Positions 18,936-25,993 of a DNA stretch of 44,878 nt are shown here, piece after piece. The stretch is from Candidatus Kapaibacterium sp. (GTDB taxonomy: Bacteria > Bacteroidota > Ignavibacteria > Kapaibacteriales > HRBIN21), in NCBI GenBank assembly GCA_025055465.1, contig JANWXA010000001.1, positions 1 to 44,878 on the forward strand. The letters are read 5' to 3'. A model generated the notes under the pieces. That model ran no database searches, was not told where the DNA came from, and saw nothing but the letters and a program-made list of their open reading frames with translations. Within the stretch, counting starts at the first letter, position 1. Every line of letters starts with the position of its first letter. A program made the translations under genes and the position numbers.

Positions 18936-19596
18936 CGCGGACGACATGGCCGTCCTGGAGCTCGATCTGGAGCGTCGCCGGCAGAAGCGTTAGGAGATCG
19001 GCACTATGGGTTGCCACCAGGACGGTGGTACCTTGCGCATGGACTCGGCGGAAGAGCTCGGCGATATGAGCCGTCGTCATTGGCTCTACGTTGCCGGCGG
19101 GCTCATCGGCCAGCAAGAGCCGCGGACGGGGCAGTAGGGCACGGGCAATCGCCACCAACTGCTGCTCCCCACCGGAGAGAGCTACCGGGCGCTTGTGCCG
19201 AAGGTAACTGATGCCCAGCTCGGCGAAGAGCTCCAGCACCATTGCCTGCGCCTGCCGCGTGGGAACCCCACGGGCCAGCAAGGGCAACAGCACGTTCTCG
19301 TAGGCCGTCTCGCAAGGGAGCAGGCGGCAGTCTTGAAAGACAATCCCCATTTGGCGTCGCAGACGCTGCAGTTCGCGGAAAGGGAGCCGCGCCAAATTCA
19401 CACCGTCCACCCAGACCGAGCCCGATTGAGGGGAGAGCTCGCGGTAGAAGAGACGGAGCGTCGTCGTCTTGCCTGAACCCGTCGGACCCGTCAAGACCGC
19501 AAAGGCCCCCTCCGGCACCGTGAAGCTTACAGCTGAGAGGGCCGGAACGAAGTGGCCCTCGTAGTAGACCGTAACCTCCCGCAGCTCTACTCGCAT
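18898..19596 (-). CDS. ftsE: Cell division ATP-binding protein FtsE (ABC ATPase)
   Basis: The tracked ORF extends to 19767, but ATG 19596 gives MRVELREVTVYYEG. It has Walker A GPTGSGKTT, the ABC signature LSGGEQQ and Walker B LLLADEP, and is 232 aa like FtsE. Its 3' end overlaps the convergent OmpA-family gene by 38 nt. Confidence 0.85.
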   Translation of the reverse strand: MRVELREVTVYYEGHFVPALSAVSFTVPEGAFAVLTGPTGSGKTTTLRLFYRELSPQSGSVWVDGVNLARLPFRELQRLRRQMGIVFQDCRLLPCETAYENVLLPLLARGVPTRQAQAMVLELFAELGISYLRHKRPVALSGGEQQLVAIARALLPRPRLLLADEPAGNVEPMTTAHIAELFRRVHAQGTTVLVATHSADLLTLLPATLQIELQDGHVVRVTGAEPQSGSGP

Positions 19597-20048
19597 GTCG
19601 CCTCCGGGGTGGAGATGCGCACGTTCGGATGGTGCTCCGGCACCGGCAGCTGGGCTTCCACGTAGGATTGTCGTACCCGCTGCTGGATGACTTCGTGGAG
19701 AAGCACGATCTGGAGCTGACGCCCGCTGGCAATTCGCCGTGCTCCTACGAAGGCCTCCACTACGCACCAGACACGATTCCCCTGCAGCTCGGTAACCTCT
19801 GCCCGAATACGCACATCGGCCCCAACGGGCGCCATGGCCTCGTGGCGCAGGTGGAGCTCTGCCCCGACAGCATTCTCCCCAGGCTCGAAAAACGGCTCAA
19901 TCGCACGCCGGGCAGCTACCTCAGCGTGGTACGCCAACCAGAAGGTGGAGTAGACCGGATGCACCACGCACCCATCCAGGATGGCCACCATCTCCGGGCC
20001 GACGCGCACAACGAGCTCCGCTACCGAACCAAGGACCTCAGCCCGCAT
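19587..20048 (-). CDS. Hotdog-fold thioesterase-like protein
   Basis: The in-frame ATG at 20048 (or 20075) gives ~153 aa. The sequence [22 protein letters not shown] ... VHPVYSTFWLAYHAEVAARRAIEPF ... AVGAELHLRHEAMAPVGADVRIRAEV resembles the small fluoroacetyl-CoA-thioesterase-like hotdog family. It overlaps coaE by 11 nt and ftsE by 10 nt. Confidence 0.65.
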   Translation of the reverse strand: MRAEVLGSVAELVVRVGPEMVAILDGCVVHPVYSTFWLAYHAEVAARRAIEPFFEPGENAVGAELHLRHEAMAPVGADVRIRAEVTELQGNRVWCVVEAFVGARRIASGRQLQIVLLHEVIQQRVRQSYVEAQLPVPEHHPNVRISTPEATCE

Positions 20049-20736
20049 CGTGCCTCTCTGACGCAGAGGATACATCCGGCCTCGGCAGAACTTCGGTCTG
20101 CTCTGACGGCGGCACCCGTGGTGGCAGAGTGCGGAGGAGCGCCGCCAGGAAGTCAACGCTCTGCTTGAGCTCCTCGAAGCTCCCGTCGTTGGCGAGCACA
20201 ATGTCGGCTCGGAGGCGCTTGGACGACGGGGATTGCTGTGCGGCCTCACGCGCTGCAATCTGCTCCTGGCTCCAGCCCCGCTGGCAGAGCCGCTCGCGGC
20301 GCTTAGACTCCTGGGCATCTACGACGATGACGTAGTCGAAGGCCTCGTCCAGGCCCGTTTCGAAGACGAGCGCTGCCTCCACGACGACCAGCTGTGCCCC
20401 TTCTGAGGCCAGGCGTTGGACATGTTCCGCGAGCGCTTCCAGTACCCGTGGGTGGACGAGCTCCTCCACGAGTCGCCGTGCTCGGCGATGCTGCGGTGTC
20501 CTTCCAAAGATGCGAGCGGCAAGCGCTGCAGTCCGTAGCCGCCCATCGGGTCCAAAGATGTCCGCACCGAAGGTCTGCTGCAACCGTTCCCGAAGCTCGG
20601 GATCGGTCTCCATGAGCTCCTTCCCCATCTGGTCGGCGTCCAGCACGGGGATGCCGTTCTGGCGGAGTAGTTCAGCTACAGTGGTCTTCCCGCTTCCTGG
20701 GGCACCGGTCAAGGCAACGAGTACGGGCTCGCTCAT
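20038..20736 (-). CDS. coaE: Dephospho-CoA kinase
   Basis: 232-aa ORF with P-loop [16 protein letters not shown] followed by [14 protein letters not shown], and a conserved [12 protein letters not shown] block. ATG 20736 forms an ATGA overlap with the purL stop. Confidence 0.9.
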   Translation of the reverse strand: MSEPVLVALTGAPGSGKTTVAELLRQNGIPVLDADQMGKELMETDPELRERLQQTFGADIFGPDGRLRTAALAARIFGRTPQHRRARRLVEELVHPRVLEALAEHVQRLASEGAQLVVVEAALVFETGLDEAFDYVIVVDAQESKRRERLCQRGWSQEQIAAREAAQQSPSSKRLRADIVLANDGSFEELKQSVDFLAALLRTLPPRVPPSEQTEVLPRPDVSSASERHDAG

Positions 20737-22961
20737 ACGCGCTCCACGGGCTCCGGGAGTGCCCGTTCGTACTGATGCCGGAGCTCAGCCACGCTGGTCT
20801 CCACAACCCCTTGCAGCACGAACCGGTCACGCACGACTCGGCCGAGCTCCACACACGGCAGCTCCCACTCCCGGCAGAGCTGGAACACACTGGCCACGTG
20901 CTCGGGTGGTACGGAGACCACTACCCGTGTCTGCGCCTCCCCGAAGAGCTGTGCCGCCGTAAGCTCCCACGGCAGGGCGAGCTCTGCCCCCAGCGCACCC
21001 TCAGAGGCGATCGCCTTCTCGGCTAAGCAGATTGCCAGCCCCCCTTCGGAGCAGTCGTGCGCTGAGCGGAGCCACCGGCGCCGAACGGCCATCCGTAGCA
21101 CTTGCTGGAGACGGCGCTCCTCCTCCAGTTCCAGCGTTGGCGCATCGCCGGCTACCATCGCGTGGAAGAGCCACAAGTACTCCGAGCCGCCCAACTCTGC
21201 CCGCTGCGGCCCAATCAGCAGCACGACATCCCCTTCTGCCCGAAAGCCCATCCCAACAGCAGCCGTCACATCCTCCACCAACCCCAGCATCCCAATGACG
21301 GGCGTAGGATAGACCACAGAGCGCGGCGACGCATTGTAGAAGCTTACGTTCCCGCCCGTCACTGGGGTTCCGAAGGCTCGGCAGGCATCCCCCATGCCTC
21401 GGACGGCCTCGCGGAACTGCCAGAAGACTTCAGGGTCGTACGGGTCCCCGAAGTTGAGGCAGTTCGTGATAGCAACCGGCTCGGCCCCAACGCAGGCCAC
21501 ATTCCGGGCGGCCTCTGCGACCGCGATCTGGGCCCCGCGATAGGGGTTGAGGTAGACGTAGCGGCTGTTGCAGTCCACGCTCACGGCGATGCCGCGTCCC
21601 GGGAGCTCGCGCAGCCGCAGCACGGCGGCATCGGCCATGCCAGGCAGGAGCACGGTGTTCGTCTGCACCTGATGGTCGTACTGCTCGAAGACCCAGCGCT
21701 TGCTGGCAACCGTCGGGCTCGTCAGCAGCCGCCAGAAGGCCTCCTCTGGTGAGACGGGCTCCGGAAGGTCCTCGGGCCTCACGGCTCGGAGCTCTTGCAG
21801 GTAGGCCGGCTCACGCGCCTCTCGGTCGTACTGCGGCGCCCCTTCGCCGGCCACCAACGTCCAAGCAGGGACCTCGGCCACCAGCTCCCCATGCCGGTAG
21901 TAGCGCAGGATGCCGTCCTCGGTCACCTCCCCAATCCGTGCGCAGCCGATTCCCCACTTACGGCAAATCTCCTCCGCGATGGACTCCGTGCCTCGGCGCA
22001 GCACGACCAGCATCCGCTCCTGCGACTCGGAGAGCAGGATCTCATAAGCGCTCATCCCCGGGTCGCGCAGCGGCACGGCATCCAAGTCTATCCGCATCCC
22101 CACACGCCCGCGGGCACTCATCTCGGAGGTCGAGCAACAGATGCCCGCAGCCCCCATGTCCTGCATCCCCACGACGATGCCGGCATCGCGCAGCTCCAGC
22201 ACTGCCTCCAGCAGCAGCTTCTCGGCGAAGGGGTCCCCGACCTGCACCGATGGGCGCATGTCCTGCTGCCCGTCCTCAAACGTTCGCGAGGCCAAAAGCG
22301 ACGCCCCGTGTATCCCATCCCGCCCCGTCCGGTTGCCGAGCAGGTAGACCGGGTTCCCCACCCCGCGGGCCACCGAAGGGATGATGCGGTCTATGGGCAC
22401 AATCCCCACGGCCATGGCGTTGACCAGAGGATTGTCAGCGTAGCAGGGCTGGAAGTACACCTCGCCGCCGACCGTGGGCACTCCGAAGGCATTCCCGTAA
22501 TCGCCAATCCCGCGCACGACGCCGCGGACCAGGTAGCGTGTCCGCGCGTCCTTGAGTTCCCCGAAGCGGAGGGAGTCCAGCACGGCGATTGGCCGCGCGC
22601 CCGTGGTGAAGATGTCCCGCAGGATGCCTCCTACGCCGGTTGCTGCCCCTTGGTACGGCTCTACCGCCGAGGGGTGGTTGTGGCTCTCGATCTTGAAGGC
22701 AATCGCATACCCGCCGCCGATGTCCACCATACCGGCATTCTCGTTGCCGGAGAGCACCCGCCCGCCCGTCCGCGGCAGCGTCCGCAGGAGCTTCAGCGAG
22801 TTCTTGTAGCTGCAGTGCTCGCTCCACATCACCGCGAACATCCCCAGCTCCGTGGGGTTGGGCTCCCGACCCAGGAGCTGCACAATCCGCTCGTACTCCT
22901 CGGCGGTCAACCCCAGTGCCAAGGCCGTCTCTACCGTTGCCGTCAGCTCATGCTGCAGCAT
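20733..22961 (-). CDS. purL: Phosphoribosylformylglycinamidine synthase subunit II
   Basis: The tracked ORF starts at 23006. ATG 22961 ([26 protein letters not shown]) shares one base with the upstream stop (TGATG). Conserved blocks: [41 protein letters not shown]-type repeats. The ~740-aa length is typical of the small PurL. Confidence 0.95.
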   Translation of the reverse strand: MLQHELTATVETALALGLTAEEYERIVQLLGREPNPTELGMFAVMWSEHCSYKNSLKLLRTLPRTGGRVLSGNENAGMVDIGGGYAIAFKIESHNHPSAVEPYQGAATGVGGILRDIFTTGARPIAVLDSLRFGELKDARTRYLVRGVVRGIGDYGNAFGVPTVGGEVYFQPCYADNPLVNAMAVGIVPIDRIIPSVARGVGNPVYLLGNRTGRDGIHGASLLASRTFEDGQQDMRPSVQVGDPFAEKLLLEAVLELRDAGIVVGMQDMGAAGICCSTSEMSARGRVGMRIDLDAVPLRDPGMSAYEILLSESQERMLVVLRRGTESIAEEICRKWGIGCARIGEVTEDGILRYYRHGELVAEVPAWTLVAGEGAPQYDREAREPAYLQELRAVRPEDLPEPVSPEEAFWRLLTSPTVASKRWVFEQYDHQVQTNTVLLPGMADAAVLRLRELPGRGIAVSVDCNSRYVYLNPYRGAQIAVAEAARNVACVGAEPVAITNCLNFGDPYDPEVFWQFREAVRGMGDACRAFGTPVTGGNVSFYNASPRSVVYPTPVIGMLGLVEDVTAAVGMGFRAEGDVVLLIGPQRAELGGSEYLWLFHAMVAGDAPTLELEEERRLQQVLRMAVRRRWLRSAHDCSEGGLAICLAEKAIASEGALGAELALPWELTAAQLFGEAQTRVVVSVPPEHVASVFQLCREWELPCVELGRVVRDRFVLQGVVETSVAELRHQYERALPEPVERV

Positions 22962-23269
22962 CAGCGTCCCAAGAGCAGTTCCACGAAGCGCACGAGCAGG
23001 AACCACCCAACGGCGACCCCGGCGACGCTGCCGGTCGCAATCCCCAAGAGCGTCATCCAGAAAGCAAAGCGGCTCTGCGACCGGAAGCGCCGAAACATGT
23101 ACCCGCGCCAGTTACAGTGGTGGCAGCGGTAGAGTACCAACACCGGGCTGAAGAGCTTCATGAACCGCTCAAACGCATTGCGGCTATGCGAACGGTACAT
23201 CCGCCCAACCGTCTTGCACCGCGGGCATCGCCGCAGTGTCGGGCTACTCCGCTGCCGGAAGGTCGTCAT
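22961..23269 (-). CDS. Small zinc-ribbon membrane protein, function unknown
   Basis: 102-aa ORF with two CxxC pairs (CPRC at residues 15-18, CHHC at 50-53) and a basic linker. A C-terminal hydrophobic helix ([26 protein letters not shown]) follows. Its stop overlaps the purL ATG by 1 nt. Confidence 0.7.
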   Translation of the reverse strand: MTTFRQRSSPTLRRCPRCKTVGRMYRSHSRNAFERFMKLFSPVLVLYRCHHCNWRGYMFRRFRSQSRFAFWMTLLGIATGSVAGVAVGWFLLVRFVELLLGR

Positions 23270-23635
23270 GACTGCACCCTCGCCGTCACAAAATTAGCCC
23301 TCCGGGCAGAGAGGACTCCCCCTCTGCAGAGGCGTGCTGCCGGAGACGCCCGCAGACTCCTGGGGATAGCCTGCAGCAATACTGGCTCCCGTGCTGGTCC
23401 CCGACTGTGCAGCGTCCGAAGTCGGGCTCGGACAGGCAGAATTCCCGTAACTTGCCGCGGCTCCCTGCTCCCGCGGAGGTGCAGGAACGGCGGGGGCTGC
23501 CTCGTTGTGGTGGGGGCCGACGGGCTGAGCACTGGGCCGCAAGACCCCCAAGGAAGCGCACAGCCAGGCAATCCCCAAGCGCACTGCTCCCTCAGCCTGC
23601 AGGGCCAAAGGTAAGGTCATATGTGGAACTACTCC

Positions 23636-23643
23636 GGAGGTGA
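23636..23643 (+). promoter_or_regulatory. Strong Shine-Dalgarno (GGAGGTGA) for ATG 23647
   Basis: GGAGGTGA is at 23636-23643. The GGAGG core ends 6 nt before ATG 23647, which opens a signal-peptide-like ORF. Confidence 0.7.
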
Positions 23644-23646
23644 CCC

Positions 23647-23835
23647 ATGTCGAGCCAGACGCAGCTCTGCACCATGCTCTCGGTGGCGGCTCTGCTGTTC
23701 CTCGGGTGGGGCTGGAGCATTGGCGGGCAGGTGCCCAACGGGCCTACGGGCGTCGGCAGCGAAGCCATGCTGCCCTTGAGGGCAACCGCTGACACGTCCG
23801 CGCAGCAGCCCGATGTGTCCAGCAGGGCTGGGTAG
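23647..23835 (+). pseudogene. 5' fragment (signal-peptide-like) of the downstream tail-fibre-like T9SS gene, ended by an in-frame TAG
   Basis: 62 codons reading MSSQTQLCTMLSVAALLFLGWGWSIGG..., preceded by a strong SD. It is in the same reading frame as ORF 23884..25317. Only one stop (TAG 23833-23835) separates the two, and there are no other stops in the 48-nt linker. Confidence 0.55.
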
Positions 23836-23883
23836 CGCAGCACTCCGCCGAGCAGCACCGAGGCCTCAGCCCCGAGGGCAATA

Positions 23884-25317
23884 GTGGAGGACATTTCGGG
23901 AGGATGCTCCCACGGCCGGAGGCTGCTGGCAGAGGGCCCGCGTGGCATACCCGCAGCCGCCTCGGACGCCCCAGGTAGCAGCCCGTACCTCAGCGCCGTC
24001 AGCAGCGGGCAGAACACTGGCTGGGATGACGAAAACGCGGCACTTGGAGACTACAGCGTCGTCTGTGGAGGTTATAGAAACACCGCCAGCGGCTATGCCA
24101 GCACCGTCGGCGGGGGCTGGGAAAACACCGCCAGCGACCTCAACAGCACCGTCGGCGGGGGCAGCTACAACACCGCCAGAGGTGGTGGCAGCACCGTCGG
24201 CGGGGGCGGGAGCAACACCGCCAGCGGCACCGTCAGCACCGTCGGCGGGGGCTGGTACAACACCGCCAGCGGCTATGCCAGCACCGTCAGCGGGGGCTGG
24301 CTCAACCACGCCAGCGACTCTCTTTCCGCCATCCCGGGCGGGTACAACCTGAAGGTCGGCAAACGCAGCTTCGGCTTCAGCGGGCAGACGACTGACACGC
24401 AGACGGACCTGAGTGCGTACAGCAACATTGCGGCCTTTGTGGATGTGGACCTGTGGCTGTACAACGTGTGCGACCTGGCTTCGCAGTTGCGCTTCTACGA
24501 GCCCTCAGGCGCAGGAACGAACTACACGGCCTTCCAAGCCCAGAGGCAGCGGAGGAACATCGTGTACACGCTGCCGGCAACGCTGGGGCAGGTTGGGGAT
24601 GTGCTAAGGATTGCCTCCGTGCGGCAGGACACGGCTGTGCTGGAGTGGGCATCAGCCGCGGGGGCGGCGCCGTCCTCGCTACGGTACAAGGACGCGGTTC
24701 GACCCATCGGGGAGGCGCTGGGGAAGGTACTGCGGCTGCGGGGGGTAGAGTTCCGGTGGAAGCCGGAGTATGGGGAGCGGGAGGACATTGGGTTCATCGT
24801 AGAGGAGGTGGCGCCGGTGGTGCCGCAGGTGGTGGACCGCGACCCGCAGACGGGGGAGCCGCTGGGCATGGACTACAGCCGCCTGACGGCGCTGCTGGTG
24901 GAGGCCATCAAGGAGCAGCGGCGGGAGTTAGAGCAGCAACGACAGGAGGTAGAGCGGCAACGGCAGGAGGTAGAGCGGCTGCGGCTGCTGGTGGAGCAAC
25001 TGCTGCAGGAGCGGGGCGGCCGCGGCGGGGAGACCGGCGGCACGCAGATTCACGATGCCTGGCTGGGGCAGAACATCCCGAACCCGCACGAGGGGACGAC
25101 GACGGTGCCGTACTACATCCCGGCTGGCGTCGGTCGGGCCGAGCTGGTGGTGCGGGACGGGCGGGGTCGGGAGCTGCGGCGGGTAGAGCTGCCCGAGCGT
25201 GGGGCGCATGGGCAGGTGACGCTGGAGATGCGGCTCTTGGGTGCTGGGGTGTACGAGTACAGCCTGGTGCTGGACGGGCGCGTAGTGGCCACACGGCAGA
25301 TGACGCTCGTGCGGTAA
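23884..25317 (+). CDS. Tail-fibre-like surface protein: YadA-like head repeats, S74 intramolecular-chaperone domain, coiled coil and T9SS C-terminal sorting domain
   Basis: 477-aa ORF (GTG 23884) with no signal peptide of its own. It has six 15-aa NTASGxxSTVGGGxx repeats. A segment SSLRYKDAVRPIGEALGKVLRLRGVEFRWKPE...GFIVEEVAPVVPQVV...GMDYSRLTALLVEAIKEQ matches the phage endosialidase/tail-fibre chaperone (Peptidase_S74) pattern. A QRQEVER heptad coiled coil follows. The C-terminus QNIPNPHEGTTTVPYYIP...GVYEYSLVLDGRVVATRQMTLVR matches the Por/T9SS sorting domain. Confidence 0.85.
   Translation: MEDISGGCSHGRRLLAEGPRGIPAAASDAPGSSPYLSAVSSGQNTGWDDENAALGDYSVVCGGYRNTASGYASTVGGGWENTASDLNSTVGGGSYNTARGGGSTVGGGGSNTASGTVSTVGGGWYNTASGYASTVSGGWLNHASDSLSAIPGGYNLKVGKRSFGFSGQTTDTQTDLSAYSNIAAFVDVDLWLYNVCDLASQLRFYEPSGAGTNYTAFQAQRQRRNIVYTLPATLGQVGDVLRIASVRQDTAVLEWASAAGAAPSSLRYKDAVRPIGEALGKVLRLRGVEFRWKPEYGEREDIGFIVEEVAPVVPQVVDRDPQTGEPLGMDYSRLTALLVEAIKEQRRELEQQRQEVERQRQEVERLRLLVEQLLQERGGRGGETGGTQIHDAWLGQNIPNPHEGTTTVPYYIPAGVGRAELVVRDGRGRELRRVELPERGAHGQVTLEMRLLGAGVYEYSLVLDGRVVATRQMTLVR
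24079..24348 (+). repeat. Six tandem 45-nt coding repeats (AACACCGCCAGC... units)
   Basis: AACACCGCC/AACCACGCC recurs at 24079, 24124, 24169, 24214, 24259 and 24304, an exact 45-nt period. The first and fifth units are nearly identical over ~40 nt. Confidence 0.9.
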
Positions 25318-25344
25318 GCCTGGAGGCGAGTCCGAGACAGCATG

Positions 25345-25380
25345 TCGGGGCGCACGGTAGCCGTGCGCCCCGATGCTTTT
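25345..25380 (+). terminator. Rho-independent terminator
   Basis: A perfect 13-bp stem, TCGGGGCGCACGG (25345-25357) with CCGTGCGCCCCGA (25361-25373), encloses the loop TAG. It is followed by TGCTTTT (T-run 25377-25380), 28 nt after the stop of the tail-fibre-like gene. Confidence 0.85.
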
Positions 25381-25489
25381 GTGAAGAGCTCGGTGCATCT
25401 GTAGACCGCAATCTGGTAGCTCCGTGCCCCAGGCTGTGGAGGGGATTTGCAATTTTGCAGCAGAGATGTGGCCTTCGGTGGGTGTACCG

Positions 25490-25993
25490 ATGATGCACCT
25501 CGCTGTCCTTGCTGTGGCGGCGCTCCCGCTCTGGGGGCAGTTGCCGGCTGTGACGCTCCAGACCTTGGATGGGCGATCCGTCCGGGCCGATACCCTCCAC
25601 AACGGAGGTAGGCCCATGGTGGTCAACTTCTGGGCGACTTGGTGCAAGCCCTGCCTTGTGGAGCTCGCCACGCTGCACAAGCTGTACCCGCAGTGGCAGG
25701 CGGAGACGGGCGTGAAGATTCTCGCCATCTCCATTGACGACGCCCGCACGAGCGCGAAGGTTGCCCCACTGATACGGGCCAGGAAGTGGCAGTTCGACGT
25801 CTACCTGGACCCCAATAGCGAGCTGCGCCGGGCGATGAACGTGGCCGACATCCCGCACTCCTTCGTGCTGGACGGCTCAGGACGCATCGTCTGGCAGCAC
25901 CAGGCGTACTCACCCGGGGACGAGGAGCGCCTCTACGCTGTGCTCAAGGAGCTGGCACGCTCCGACACCTTGCAGCCGACCGAGACCAAATGA
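25490..25993 (+). CDS. TlpA/ResA-like thiol-disulfide oxidoreductase (thioredoxin fold, secreted)
   Basis: The tracked ORF starts at GTG 25424. ATG 25490 gives the signal peptide MMHLAVLAVAALPLWGQ. The active site is VVNFWATWCKPCLVELA (WCxxC), within an AhpC/TSA-Redoxin-like core. Confidence 0.88.
   Translation: MMHLAVLAVAALPLWGQLPAVTLQTLDGRSVRADTLHNGGRPMVVNFWATWCKPCLVELATLHKLYPQWQAETGVKILAISIDDARTSAKVAPLIRARKWQFDVYLDPNSELRRAMNVADIPHSFVLDGSGRIVWQHQAYSPGDEERLYAVLKELARSDTLQPTETK

Noticed and set aside
21795-23132. 445-codon ORF on the plus strand
   Set aside because: It is entirely antisense to purL, which has unmistakable conserved motifs. Its Arg/Pro/Ala/His-rich composition is typical of shadow frames in GC-rich DNA.
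23866-24352. Repeat-containing ORFs (minus strand, APADGA repeats; plus strand 23942..24352, PSAGAG repeats)
   Set aside because: They are mirror or alternate-frame images of the 45-nt tandem repeats. The frame encoding the NTASG..STVGGG repeats is the one that continues into the recognisable S74 and T9SS domains.
24453-25858. 346-codon plus-strand ORF (24453..25493) and 316-codon minus-strand ORF (24908..25858)
   Set aside because: These are alternative or antisense frames of the tail-fibre-like gene. They run straight through its 13-bp-stem terminator and into the thioredoxin gene. Their extreme Ala/Gly/Arg/Pro content marks them as GC-driven artefacts.
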